A stretch of 64,000 nucleotides of DNA from Eledone cirrhosa (taxonomy: Eukaryota), in NCBI GenBank assembly GCA_964016885.1, contig OZ024746.1:99386001-99450000 (forward strand), given 5' to 3'. The notes below the pieces were generated by a model. The model saw only the letters and a list, made by a program, of their open reading frames with translations, made no database searches and had not been told where the DNA came from. Positions 27,281-41,756 of the stretch are shown one piece after another. Position 1 is the first letter of the stretch, and each line of letters starts with the position of its first letter. The position numbers and the translations under genes are program-made.

Positions 27281-27844
27281 TACTCAAATAATGGAGACTT
27301 GTTGCTTTGTTATCAACTGGTATGAATTGAATTCTGTGAAGATGAACTAAAATAAATACCAGAAATTCAATATTAAATTTTACTCTGTGATTTTTTTCTG
27401 AGTTTCCTCAGTCAAAGACCATTTTCTTCAAGGAGTACAAAGTAAAGAATTACTGGAGAGATTTTACGGGCAAAACCAACTGGCAAGAGACCCAGAGGTA
27501 GATCCCGAGCAAGATGGTTGAATAACATCCATGAGCCTGGCTGGTCTCGCTTGGGGACCCAGCTGAATCAGTTGGAGATGGTTGCTTCTGACAGGACCCA
27601 CTGGAAGGAGTATTTGAGGACACTTCCTCCATGACTCTCCCACGATTAAGTGGGGGGGGGGAAGGAGGAAAAGGAGAAGAAGAAGTACAATGTAGAGGAA
27701 AGTCTACTCTGAGAAATAGAATTATATCAAGCTAATGCTTGAGATATATTAAAAGTCGCTAATAGATAAGAACTCGTGAGCTGGTATTTAACTACGTATT
27801 CCTTCAGCTATTTTCCCTCCTCACAACATTCTCTCTCCCATATA

Positions 27845-27919
<75 letters not shown>

Positions 27920-27993
27920 TTCGCTATTCTCTTTTCCCTATCTTCTACAATAAGTATCGGTTCTATGTAACCCTGTTATGTAATTCTGTCAAA

Positions 27994-28067
27994 GTTACCT
28001 GATGAGTCCATCTTGTCTTGTATCATAAATGGATGATGGAGCTGGCCATTGAAATACGTATAGTGAT
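27994..28067 (+). ncRNA. Type I hammerhead with extended stem II domain
   Basis: GTTAC-CTGATGA-G TCCATC...GATGGA...T-GAAA-TACGTA-TA^GTGAT; palindromic stem III. Confidence 0.62.
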
Positions 28068-28581
28068 TTCACGGAATTAAAATTTAAAACATATCTTCTA
28101 GTACGGCCTGTTGTTGTCATTTTAAATTATATATATATGAGGGATTATATATATATATATATATATATATTTTCTTATTTTACGTTTTTTATATAATTGT
28201 TCTATATCTCTTTGTATTGAACCACAAAGTTACTAAGACAAAACCTATATCTTTGCTAGCGTAAGTATACATCTGTATAAATATGTTGGTAGATATACTA
28301 ATTCTTTATAATTATCTCCAAATTATTTTGTTGAGCAAAAATTTGCCTAAATTACTTCTATGGTTCATAGTATTAGTTTGGCTACTGTCTTTTTAACACC
28401 CCCACTTCTCACTGATTAACCTCGATGTCACATGATTGATTTTTTTGAATTGCCACTGACCAGGAAGACAGTGAAATTTTCAATGGCGCTTTCAGTCCGC
28501 GCTTGCTTTTTTCCATCCACTGAATTATTTTTGTATAAGTTCCCTGTGTCCGCGTATCGCCAGGAATCTTAGCCGAGAATG

Positions 28582-28663
28582 ACTCCCTGATGAAGAAAGG
28601 ATTCTCCATAGTCTCCATTTGAAGACTATGTATATCCCCTTTCAGAAACTAATTAGTTGGAGT
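28582..28663 (+). ncRNA. Type I hammerhead with long stem II
   Basis: ACTCC-CTGATGA-A-GAAAGG...CCTTTC-A-GAAA-CTAATTAG-TT^GGAGT. Confidence 0.78.
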
Positions 28664-28829
28664 GAAATTTAAGTAAGTGAGTTAATTACTATAATTTTCT
28701 CATTTTACGCCTTTTATATAATTGTTTACATCTCATTGTATTGAACCACAAAGTTTCTAAGACAAAACCTATATCTTGCTAGCGTAAGTATATATCTGTA
28801 TAAATATGTTGGTAGATATACTAATTCTT

Positions 28830-28929
<100 letters not shown>

Positions 28930-29084
28930 TTGGTGCTCTGAAATAGCGATGTATATATGAATGTATATATAGTGTATTTGGTAATAAACCGTATGCTTAA
29001 TTAAAAGCATTTTGAAGACCTTACGCTATTGTTTAAAACTAGTGACTATGTCACTTACTTCTTTTTTCAACAAACAAAGGGAGG

Positions 29085-29132
29085 TAAGCTGACAGATCTC
29101 TGTTTCATACTGTTGCTATTCCTCAGAGCTTA
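29085..29132 (-). ncRNA. Type I hammerhead
   Basis: TAAGCT-CTGAGGA-ATA GCAACAG TAT-GAAA-CAG AGAT CTG-TC^AGCTTA, on an extended stem at 29064-29154. Confidence 0.82.
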
Positions 29133-29350
29133 GCACTCCCTTTGTCTGTTGAAAATTATGAATGTTGGATTCTTATAGAATTCCAATAATAATCAGGAAC
29201 TGATTATACCGAGCGGTTGCCGGTCCAGCAGGAATTGAAAATTAGAATTGGTGCTCCGAAATAGCGATGTATATATGAATGTATATATACAGTGTATTTG
29301 GTAATACACTGTATGCTTAATTAAAAGCATTTTTAAAGTAGTAAGTGACA

Positions 29351-29429
<79 letters not shown>

Positions 29430-29572
29430 CGCGCGTGTGTGCGCGAGTATATATATATATAAGTTACCATATCGTTTAAGGTAATCCAAATAGTATGATC
29501 ATTATTGTTTTCATACATGTTATTTCTCCATGTATCTATAAATATTAGTACACCGTATCATGTACATAGATC

Positions 29573-29682
29573 AGTATTCTGATGATTTGGCCGGGTATCG
29601 ACTGTAATTAAAATCGAATGACGTAGCTTCTGGCGATCACCGATTTTAGACACACCGGACTAATGAAACAATTGTTAATACT
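29573..29682 (+). ncRNA. Type I hammerhead with ~80-nt stem II domain
   Basis: AGTATT-CTGATGA-...CCGG...CCGG...-GAAA-CAATTG-TT^AATACT; homolog 59407-59507 has CTGGT/ACCAG at the equivalent helix. Confidence 0.7.
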
Positions 29683-29729
29683 TTGAATAAACTCTATTGT
29701 ACAGCCGACCACATTATTCTTCACTCATT

Positions 29730-29780
<51 letters not shown>

Positions 29781-29903
29781 GTGGGTAATATTAAATATTA
29801 TCCAATTATAAGTATGAAAATAGCTCAATATAGAGTAACAAGTATACTACAGGGCCAAAATACATTATAAATAACAATCAAAGACTGTTTAAAACATTTA
29901 ATC

Positions 29904-29948
29904 ACTTAGTATCGTTTCATCCTAGCAAAAGTCCGGATTCATCGGAGT
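29904..29948 (-). ncRNA. PLE pseudo-LTR hammerhead, CCGAUGA variant (inverted partner 32582-32626 on plus)
   Basis: ACT-CCGATGA-ATCC...GGAT-GAAA-CGATAC-TA^AGT; the partner retains palindromic CGATCG. Confidence 0.6.
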
Positions 29949-29978
29949 AGATAATAAAGGTTAAAGCACAAATATAAT

Positions 29979-30166
29979 TATTTCTACTATTGGCACAAGG
30001 CCAGCAATTATCCAGTACATTACTGGTACTTTATTTTATCGACCCCGTAAGGATGAAAGGCAAAGTTAACTTCGGCGGGATTTGAACTCAGAATGGCAAG
30101 GGCCGTAACTCTATGCGTCACAGCATGGCGTTCGACCCTCTACCGATACTGCCAATCCACCGCCCA
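29979..30166 (-). mobile_element. Dominant SINE with a 17-bp TSD, inserted in a PLE pseudo-LTR
   Basis: TAAAGCACAAATATAAT at 29962-29978 and 30167-30183. Confidence 0.9.
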
Positions 30167-32715
30167 TAAAGCACAAATATAATGTCATAACTTTGTCATA
30201 AGAACATTAGGAGGATACATAATATGGAAAGTAAGTATAAGTATCAACATTTATATAAGAAAAGATAGCAAAGGCAGAAGAAGCATATGAAAAATATGAG
30301 CATATAAATGCAATAAAATTAGGAACAGCTAAAAGCATTAAAAATAAAAAAAAAACATGCTGCTATAGAGAAACATTCTGCTACAGAAAGGTTAAGTATA
30401 GTGCAAGACATATCATAATCAGTAAATACACATATATCATAAGCATTACAAAAATTTATAAAGTTAATAAGAGCAGGTGTCCAGTTCAAATATAAACTTA
30501 AAATATATGAATACATCTCCAAAAGATATTTTAATAATAATGGATATAAAAAGTTTGACTTCGTAATTCAGTCATAAAAATAAACTATTATTTTTCAAAC
30601 CATTCAACAGTAGTAATGTTGAATAAGTATACTCAATAAAATAAGGATCAAATATAGGTTGAAGTGTTATTATTATTAATCAAACCATTCAAAGGAATTA
30701 ATGTTGAGTAAATATAATCAGCAAAGTAAAAATCCAATATAGATTAAGTGTTATCATCGGAAAAAGCAGCACATATTTGAATAGAGGGGAGAAAGTCGTA
30801 TATGCTTAAGCATAAATAACTCCATCTTAACATGGAGTTTTAAATTTCTCCTTAATGACGGTTAATACAACAATAAAAATAAAAGGAGTTAATTCATATA
30901 AGACGTTCTATAAGAGTGTTTCAATTTATTAAATGGGAAAACAAATATTTAGAATGTCAAGATGTAACGACTTAAAAAATGTATTTAGGGCTATGATTAT
31001 AGAACTAAAGAATTATTTAAAAAATAATATATATACAAAATACAGATTAAAAAAGTTATCAATGTATTCTAAAATGCTATGTATTATTTAAAACATTATA
31101 TACATAATATGTTAAATAATATTAAAGGATAAAGAATTATACTAGTTAATTATTGAATTAATTATATAAGTATTGAAAAGATACTACTAAAAAAACAAAG
31201 AGTGAGGCAATGGTTACTATATAGTATAATATTATCAAAAATAAATACATACAAATATAAGTGGGGCTTATTAAAAATAATATAATAAAACAATATAATA
31301 AGATCCCTAAATGTGATGGGGTTGTATTAATAAATTGTAATCATAATCGGATCAGAGGGGCGATGTAAGAAGAATGCAATGATACTAATGTTACTGAACA
31401 AATAAGGTATAAATCTACATTGGTATAAATTAGTTACTAGGTCTAAAATAATAAAAAGAATGGTCATTAATATGAGGACGAGTGGAAAAAGTTTCAGATT
31501 TATTATTTAATAAATTTAGTTGAGAATGAATAATAATATGTGACTCAAGAAGGCAAAGGTTACAACATTTATTGGGAGGTCTATAAGAAGAAGTTTTGCA
31601 ATCACATTCCTGGTCAGGGCGTAAGGTGTATTATTACACTCCAGAAATGATATGAAACTAGATAAAGAGGTAGTATGGTTAAACTTAGAATTCTTGAAAG
31701 TATGAAGATAGGAATTATACCTTGTCTTAAATCTATTCGATGTAGAACCGATATAAGTTTTGGAGTTGGTGGAAGTTGTGACAGTGCAGGAATAGATAAT
31801 ATTCTTAACAAGGAAAATTTCTATTTAGAGGGCATACGTTATTAAGCCTAGAATTACAATTATTGATTCAGACGTTTGAGGGTAAAGATGTGAAGAGTTA
31901 TTAGAGTTAGATATATGAGTGCGAGAATTGCTATTATTATTCCTATAAGTCCTAGAAATTAATGTGTTATGAGAGTGGTTACTAAAATTATTAGGTACAG
32001 TATTGTTAAGCATATCAACTGGTTGTGAAATGTTATTTTATTTAATTCATAAGAAGAAATATATTTACTAATTTTCTTGTTATTACTACTCGCTATGTGA
32101 TTAGCAATGTTAGGTGTGGGAGAATAAGAGATTTTAATGGTATTTTTATTAATTAAATTATGGTATTTGTAATCAAGTGGGAAATATTTTCAATAGTAGG
32201 TATATTAGTAGAAACATTTAAGTTGAAAGGTGGATTAAAATATGAATTAAGTCTTCTTGTATTCTTTTTATTTTTGTTACTAATAGGAGTATCCTTATGA
32301 TTGTTACCTTCAGTTTTATATTTAGTATTACAGATGTTAGGTTCAGCGTAAATACTATGCTTTTTATTTACAATATTTTTCTTGTCTTTAAGATGTTCTT
32401 ATCTTTGAGATGCCTAATTTTATGGCATTTATATGCTCATATTTTTCATATGCGTTTTCCGCTTTTGCTATCATTTCTTATATCAATGTTGATACTTATG
32501 CTTACTTCCCATAGTATGGATCCTCAAAATATTCTTATTGCAAAATTATGATATTATATTTGTGTTTTAACCTTTATTTATACTCCGATGAAGTAGGCGT
32601 TGTGCTAGGATGAAACGATCGTAAGTGATTAAATGTTTTAAACACTCTTTGATTGTTATTCATAATGTATATATATATATATAGAAGTGGTTACACAACA
32701 GTTAGTTCACCATAC

Positions 32716-32753
32716 CGAGAACAATTGTTTCACCTTAGCGGATCCTCAGCTCG
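32716..32753 (-). ncRNA. Minimal type I hammerhead
   Basis: CGAG-CTGAGGA-T CC GCTAA GG T-GAAA-CAATTG-TT^CTCG. Confidence 0.75.
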
Positions 32754-32885
32754 TAATGCGCATGGTTATAGGAACAGGAAGGACAACCGTACGAACGGTT
32801 CGTACGGTTGTGTAACCACTTCTACCTAACTCGTCCCATGGACTGAGTGCTCTACCACTACGGATATTACCTTCCAGTGTTCCAC

Positions 32886-32957
<72 letters not shown>

Positions 32958-35900
32958 GAAATTCTGCCGAGGTTAGCTTTGCCTTTTATCCTTACAGGGT
33001 CGATAAAATAAAGAACCAGTAATGCACTGGGGTAGATTTAATCAATTTTCCCTTCTCCTTCAAATTGCTGGCCTTGTGCCTAATGTAGAAACTAATATTC
33101 TTGTTATTAAACCATTATATATATATATATATTGTGAAGGCGTGTGGCTTAGTGGTTAGAGAATTGGATTCGCAATCGTGAGGTTGTGAGTTCGAATCCT
33201 GGACCGCGCGATGCGTTATGTCCTTGAGCAAGACACTCTATTTCACATTGCTCCTTCTACCTGGAGTTGCGACCGATAGATAGTATTAGCATTTGGAAAG
33301 ACCAACGGAAACATTGTTTCCTCGGTCCAATTTGACGAAAGTCGATCGACTGTCGATATATATATATATATATATTTACTCTTTTACCGATTCCAGCCAT
33401 CTATTTATCGCTTTCGGTATTCCCGGCCGACTAACTCACTCGATATGCAAATTAGGCTACTCAGCCGTTAATATGCATAAGCAAAGTATATACTTTCAAA
33501 CGTTCAATCGATTGACAGGAAGGTATACGGTGCTGATGACAGCTAATAAGCTAGAAACTAGTTCATCGTTCCTTTGTCAGTGTTGAACAAAAGGGCAACG
33601 ATGGTTGCCTAACACTGTACAGCTCAATTCGGGCTGTTTGTTTACAAATAAACCGAACATTATAATAAATGTTCGGTAAACCCATAGATATATATATATA
33701 TGCGTGTGCATGTATATACATACTACTGTACGTCTGTATACATATATGTATGCACGTATACATACTTATATATATATATATATATATAAGTTAAAACAAT
33801 GAAATAAAAAATCAAGTGAAGTATATCTGTAATGACTTGATTTTTATTTCATTGTTTTAACTTATATCATGAATGACTCTGTTTTCCTTTTAATGTTTTA
33901 TTGTTTTCTGAGATTTATCTTAACCTACAACATTTTAAACATATGGATTACATTGAGTTCATCATACAGAATAGACCCCACAACTTACAGTGGATACCTC
34001 TGTGTGTATATATATATATAGTATGAAAAACATTTTTGTATATATCGATATTTTGTGGTATGTATAGTTTTTGTCTACGGTCGGTTATCTTGGTGTTACA
34101 TTTTATAACTACGATGTTTAACTCTGGATTTAATGTGTGTTAACTTTCGATCCATTCAGTGTACTGTTATTGCCTCAAAAGAAATCGAATCATACATGTT
34201 GTACTGCACCTAAAGTTCGATTTACAAATTCGGTTGGTTCGGTAACCGGATGGTTGTTTATATATTGTCAAAGCTCTTTCATCACACATTATGTGACCTC
34301 CCCAGTGACTAGGTTTTTATTTTGTGTGTCTCTCCTTTGTTCTGTCTTACACCATTTTGTTTTTGTGTGGTGTGTGTTTAGTTTGCGCATGTGTTACAAC
34401 CGCGTGTGTGTGTGTGTGTATTTTTGATTTATTTATGTGTTTATTTACTCGTCACTAGTTGGTTGTTTGTTCTATCTGTGTGTGTCAGATTTGTTTTGTT
34501 AGTTTGGTTTTTGTGTGTGTCTGTATGTCTTCATTTTGTCCTTAATTACTAGTTGTGATGTTGCTATTCCACTCATGTTTTCTGTTTAATTTTGGTTGGT
34601 GTTTGTGTATGTTTGTCGCTTCAATATATAAGCATCTTTCCAGTTATTAAACCAACCAAACGGAAATTTATAATAAATTGAACTGAAAACCATCAGGTGC
34701 GTGTGTTTTAATTGGCAACATAACCCTCCCAAAGTATAACAATATCTGTTTCAACACACGTTTTCAGATAAGTGTCTTCCTAAAGATGATGATGGTGCTA
34801 TACAGAACTGTGGTTTCTATATTGGTTTCTCTGGCTGGATGCCCTTCCTAATGCCAACTACATTTACAGTGTGTGTTGGGTGCTTTTTGTTATAGCATTA
34901 CACACACAGACATATATATATATACATATGTATATATATTATATATATATGTATATATATTATATATATATGTATGTATATGTATATATATTATATATAT
35001 ATGTATGTAATCAATAGTGTATGTATGGACCCATTCCTACTGAGAGCATCGTAGAGGCGCCATATTGACATAAGGCATATCTAAGCCATTTTTAAACCTG
35101 GTGGAGCCCACCTCCTCTCCAATGCTGCAGATTTCTTCCAGCGAAGGCTAGAGAGTGAGATAAAGGAATTGTGAAAGAGATATAGGGGAAGAATCAAACC
35201 CAGTACTAGACTGGTACTTTTTTTATTGATCTTAAATGTATTATAGTTGACCTAGGCAGGATTTAAACTCAGAACGCATAGACTCGGAATGAATACAGCA
35301 AAGCATTCGATTCAACGTTCTAACGACTGTTACAATTCGCTGCCTTTAATCAATAATACTCTTCCTGAAAAAAGACAGCCTTTTCCAATGGTTGAAATCA
35401 GTATTTCCCAGAAAGTGCATATATTTGATTAAAATAATTTCAGTATATACCTTATATACTCGAATATAAGCCGATTTGAATAAAAGCTAAACCCACTATT
35501 TTATGTCTGTGAAATGGTCAAAATTCCAAACCTTATTTATATAGAATTTGAAGTTTGTGAAAATCGTCAAAATATTGACCTCGAATATAAGCCGGTCGCC
35601 ACCCTTCTACCGTCTATTTTTTGGTCACATATTCTTCGGCTTATATTTAAGTATAAATGGTACTTCTCTTCATTTTACTGCTTCTTGAAATTGGAAAGGC
35701 AAAAATCAACTCCCAAAAGGATTTAAACTCAGATTATAAAATGGCTGAACTAAACATTGTATATTTTCTGCTAAGTGACTTCTATTTGTCATTTATATAT
35801 TTCAGTTGTTATTGTATGGCTGTTCAAATTTCTTTAACCCTTTAGCATTTACATTACTCTATATTTACTGTTGTATGTTTGTGGTAAAGGCTTATCTCAC

Positions 35901-37024
35901 CTAATATCTCACATAATATCAAACCTATGAGATTTTGATACCATAACATCAGAATGAGTGGCCGGTTACAGCCAGTTTGAGCAGAAAGAGGTGAGAGAAT
36001 TTTGGCCAGATATGACCAGTTTAAATGCTAAAGGTTTAAACCAATAACATCTTTGAAACAGAAATAAAACCAAAACAAAAGCAAAAATAATTTCACAATT
36101 AAGTATTGTCTGATAACGAATATAAGAAGTTACATGTACTGTCAGGCCATCTTCTGGCTAGATAACATCAACAATAAGATTATGTGTGTTGACATTTTCT
36201 TAACCTTTAGCATTTGAACCTGCCATATCCGGCCAGAATTCTCTCACCTCTTTCTGTAACCGGCTACTCATACTGATGTTAAGGTATTGTTACCAAAATA
36301 ACTAACATCAAAATCTCATAGATTCAATATTACGTGAGATAATTATGTAAGATAAATCCTTTACTGTGAAAATACAATAATAAATAGTAAATGCTAACGG
36401 AATAATGATATAATCGGTAACTTAAAGTTAATCTTAGCAAGATAGTATTTACCATAAAGTTAAATCTATTTGGAAAATAAATATCAGCAGCTATAATTTT
36501 GTAGGATTACAAAAATACTGTCAACATTTTGAAGAGTTGAAATATTATATAAAATTATTATTACATTAAAATTCTCATCTCATATATCTTTTTATTTCTC
36601 TCTTTATTTCTCCTTTTTTTTCCAAAATATATTGAAATGTCACAAAATAGTTTTAAAATATATTCCAGCATTGAAAACATTTCATTTTTTTGTTTGTTTT
36701 AAATGGGAAAAATATTAATAAAATAAATGATATAACAACAATTACAACAACAATATGTAAGGGCAATAGTGCTATTTTATATTTTATAAGTGAAATATAA
36801 CACCAAATGCCAAGTTGTCAATATTTCTAGCTACCGAAAAAGGGCGGCGGAATCACATATAATTGGTCTGAACCAGAGAAAGTGAACAAAGTTCATGAAT
36901 GTTGGTAAATGTCACAAATATGGAATATAGAAAGATAACATCTATGAATTTCATTTTCTTTCTTTCTTTTCTTTCCTTTTCTTTTTTTTTTTGCATGGTT
37001 TAATGCCAAATGTTTTAGTGATAT

Positions 37025-37272
37025 GAAAGTTAAACTTTGTTCAAGTAGAATATGAACTAAAGTTAAACTCAGTTCAAGTAGAATTTGAAAGTTAATTGTG
37101 GTTCAAGTAGAATTTGAAAATGGAACTTGGTTCAAGTAGAATTTGAACTCAAGTTAAAGTTAGTTCAAGTAGAATTTGAAAGTTAATTATGGTTCAAGTA
37201 GAATTTGAATTCAAGTTAAACTTAGTTCAAGTAGAACCTGAAAGTTAAACTTGGTTCAAATATAATCTGAAC
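37025..37272. repeat. 29/35-bp minisatellite, about 8 copies
   Basis: Recurrent GTTCAAGTAGAATTTGAA core. Confidence 0.85.
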
Positions 37273-37575
37273 ACAGATTATTCAATTTATATGATTTTTC
37301 AATTATTAACCAAAATATTACTTCCTTTTTCCTCAAAACAAACATTAATAAATTTCATTTGTATGGTTTGAGAAGAAATATCAAAAATTCTTTCTTTAAT
37401 CATTTGTTTGAAATCTTATGTAATTGCATTTAGTGAATAAAAAAATATAGTAAATATCTCCTTATATGATATAACAAATAGTAATTGATTCATTTTTCTG
37501 ATAAAGTGATGATAGAGGAAATAATTAGTATTTTGGGATATACCAGTTACTTATTTGTTTATCTAAAGGTGTTAA

Positions 37576-37683
<108 letters not shown>

Positions 37684-37877
37684 TTGTCTGTGTGAGGTGT
37701 GAGTGTGTGTATGTGCTGGCAAGTGTGTACATGCAAATGTATAAGTATGTATATATGTACACTCACACACACATACACACACATATATATATATGTAGGT
37801 GCGTGTATATATAGATATGTATGTATAAGTGTGTGTGTGTGTATAGATCTCTCTTTATATATATATATTTACATACA

Positions 37878-37927
<50 letters not shown>

Positions 37928-38562
37928 TACATATATACATGCATATGTATCATCATCTTCTACATCATCAGCATCGTAGTTTATATATTACAGAATATTA
38001 TGAAAAGATTATGTCTTCGATTTAATTCCAGTGTTAAGATTATTTAATTCTTGTAAAGGTAAAAACAATAAGTTACAACTCTCAACGTAGGCAAAGTGAA
38101 AAGTGCTTAACAAAGAATGTACTTTTGAAAGATGTTCTATCTTAAGGCTGCATATTCTGTACAACCTATGTAAACGCCACATCATCTCAAGAATCAAACG
38201 CTTCAAGAAAATATAATATAGTTTTCAAAACAAACATGGAATTTACGCGAATACCGCTTGTTTTAAGTTTTAATAAGAAAAACTGGTTTATATAAAGTAA
38301 AATTCTAGCAAAGAAAATAACAAAATATGTGAACCATATTTTTTTTAGTTGGTATAGCTATCTGATTATTTCTCAAGTATATTTTAAGTTGAACAGAACT
38401 GAACAAAAACCGTGTTTCAAATAGTAAAACTTTATCTAAAATAGATTGTGTCAATTTTATTGTTGATTTTTTTTTGTTTCCGGTATGGCACAAATTACCG
38501 TTGTTTTATGGAAAAGAAAAATATAACTTTCATACCTTTACAGGGAACATGCGTGGGTGTAT

Positions 38563-38996
38563 TCTCGGGTCTCGAATAATCTCCCCGACCCCACCCCGCT
38601 TATTAAATTTTCAGATTTTTTCCAAACCTCTCCCGGCTCACATTCCAATCCGACTCCTTATTAAATTTTGCTAATCTATCTCCGTCAAAATTTTATTTTA
38701 AATGGTAGAATTCCTGCAACAACTAATTTTCTTTTATTTTATTTGCGTTCCAGCCAGAGGGTTGAGTCCATACTGGGGCATTAGATACATGACAAAAAAG
38801 TACATTACTAGAAATTCTATACGTTATAAAATAAATAGGATATTTTGGGGTCTCAATATGTTAACTAAACGACTAATTCTGATTTTCAGAAAGTTGAAGG
38901 GTGACAACATAGAAAAATTATCGATTTTCCACACATATACCCCGTGGTTATTCCATTCCCGCTTATTCAACCTCTCCTATCATATGAGACCCGAGA
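38563..38996. mobile_element. DNA-transposon MITE
   Basis: TCTCGGGTCTC...GAGACCCGAGA terminal inverted repeats. Confidence 0.55.
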
Positions 38997-41119
38997 GAAA
39001 ATAAAGAAAATTCGCTCCTGTCGGATATCGATGTCACGTCACTGGTTCGATGGCTAAAGCCTAATCTATTGCATTACGGTACTTAGTAGTAAGAATAATA
39101 GAATTGATTTCTGGCGTAGGCTTCAAGTATGAGTATCACCAGCTAGATCTCTCCAATAGTCAAACTGATACTTTCTTTTACTGAGCTCAGGTGAATGAAC
39201 GGCTAAACGCCCTCTGTGGAATATGAAATTAGAGCAAAAGGGTACACATATGAGCATCGCAAGGTATTTTGACTATCACTCTACAGTAGGCATGAGCAAC
39301 CCTTTTCGAACAATGCACCGCATAGGATGTAGCTCTTTTTAAGGCTCTTTATAAGGCAATTTTGGAATTAGGCATGCCATTCAGAAAGCCTGTTCTACAG
39401 ATTCTATAAATCCAACATATTAGGTGTACTAGAATTATTATTAGATATCAATAAAGGGAGGCGGATTGGTAGTATCGGTAGAGCGTCGGACACTATGCTT
39501 TGCTTCACGACATGGAGTTACAGCCCTTTACATCCTAAGTTCATATTCCGCCGAGGTCAGCTTTGCCTTTCATCCTTACGGGGTCAATAAAATAACGCAC
39601 CAGTTATACACTGGGTCGATTTACTCGACTATTTCCTCTCCCCCTTAAGTTGCTGGCCTTATGCTTAAATTAGAAACAATTAATAGATGTTTTGTACTCT
39701 TTCGGACGTTAATTTACATATTTTTGTTTGTATTCTTTTTTTAATATAAATGTTAGTGGATTTAATTATTTATTCATTGATAAACATATTATTGCATTCT
39801 TTAAACATAGGAAGCCGATATAAAAATTTAATTATTCTGAAGTAATATGAAACCTTTCAGGTTCAAATTATTGGATCAGCATTGTGTTTCGCTAATTAAT
39901 CAGTTTGTTCAAATATTAACAACTTCAAAGTTCAATTCTGTAACGAGATATTTGTTCATTTATAAACAACATAACATTTTCAACAAGAGCATTAACAATA
40001 ACAATAATTTCTAACTTTGAACCATATATTTATAGACATTAATGGCGGTAAAAGAATTTAAGCTTGTTTTTTTTAAAAATTTTATACGAAAAATCAAACC
40101 CAATTACAACTTACGGCTGCAAAAGCACGACTGCAGACTCAGAAAGTTGAGGACTTATATGAGAGGGAACAGCAGAAAGGGTATTTGCCAAGGGCTAAAT
40201 ATCTATAGGGTAGGGAAATAAGAGGTTTTGATGCTCATAGTTTGCACAAAGTAAAAGCGGCAAACATAAAATTGAAGGGCTTCCATCTGTGATCAAAACT
40301 GCGCATTAACGTAGTGGCTAATGAGAAACATATTTCTTGTCAACTTTTAATATGTTAACAATAACAAGATGTTTGCTATAACAGTGGTGTGTAATATATT
40401 CGTATAGAATATAATTATATAATACATAATTTATGTAATTTATATATATATATATTATAGAATTATAATTTATATATATACAATGCATATAAAATATATC
40501 GTGCAATACATAATATATAATATAACTGTATAATAAATATATCACAATCTTACACAATATAACATTAACGATAAATATTAAAAAATATTCAACTGTATGT
40601 ATAGTATGAAATTGCTTTGGACTATACAAATTATGTATGTATGTGTGTGTGTGTGCGTGTGTGCATGTGTGCGTGTGTATGTGTGTGTGCATGTGTGTGT
40701 GTGAGAAAGAGATAGAGAGAGAGGGGTGAGACAGAGAGAGAGTGGGCGAGAGAAAGAGAGAAAGTGCTAAGTGTGATTAGAAAGAGAAGAAGAAGAAAAT
40801 GAGGTGTAGGTCCACTTAGATTTGAAAGTGTTATCAACTTGGTATATTAATCCTATATAATAACACATTTCTCTCTAAATTCGACTAATGCAAAGCAAAC
40901 AAAAGAAACAACAAAATATTAAAAATAAAGAAAACGAAAAAACAAAAAAAAAACAAAATGAAAACACAACCATATGACTGCAATGTCTTTGTTAAGTATC
41001 GTGTCCATTATGCCTAGAAAACCAAATAGAGCTGTAATAAGATTTTCAATATTATTGCAAATATGAAGAAAATATATATCTATCATAAAACGAAACAGAT
41101 GAAAAAGCCACAAACACAG

Positions 41120-41375
41120 GCTCGCGTGTTGGATCTCAGTCAGTTTCGACGAGGAGTGTTCCAATTGTTTGATCAACAGAGCAGCCTGGACATGAACGTA
41201 AGTAGTTTGGACATTCTACAGACAGGTGTACCCTTAAAACAATTGTCGGATATATCCACCGTGACACAGTGGCCGGGCATTTGAATTACAGGTACGATTG
41301 ACGGCAATCTAACTAATGATGACATTACAAGCGTGAAGTGAACACTTTAACCAATAAGCCACACGCTTTTACACA
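41120..41375. mobile_element. Decayed interspersed repeat, probably a SINE (related piece at about 16540-16640)
   Basis: Shared CGACGA.GAGT.TTCC..TTG...GATCA.CAGA.CAG.CTG...CATTC.ACAGA sequence at both loci. Confidence 0.5.
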
Positions 41376-41686
41376 CACATACTCATAAACATAAAGATGC
41401 ACCACACACACATCAACACACACATACATATATACATGACTAGTGTAGGTTATAATTTTATATTTTCGTGAATTTGTTTTATTTCATATTTTCTTATGAG
41501 TCCTTGTGAAAGTCCAAAAATGCTGGTGATGGCTTCAGGAACTTATTTGATCGAAACGAACTGCATGAGACTCACACACATATATATATATATATGTGTA
41601 AATGTATATATATATATATATATATGTGTGTGTAAATATATATATATATATATGTAAATATATATATGTAAATATATATATATATG

Positions 41687-41747
<61 letters not shown>

Positions 41748-41756
41748 GTAAATATA

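Larger units (their letters stand above)
29800..32666 (-). mobile_element. Decayed Naiad-type PLE 3' half with 3' pseudo-LTR and an inverted pseudo-LTR copy at its 5' end
   Basis: Minus-strand remnants FNPPFNLNVSTNIP, KNTIKISYSPTPN, CNLCLLE...LLNNKSE (about 32290-31420) are homologous to the 62.5-64 kb ORF; about 29860-30330 and 32430-32666 are inverted copies of each other, each with a hammerhead motif. Confidence 0.8.
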
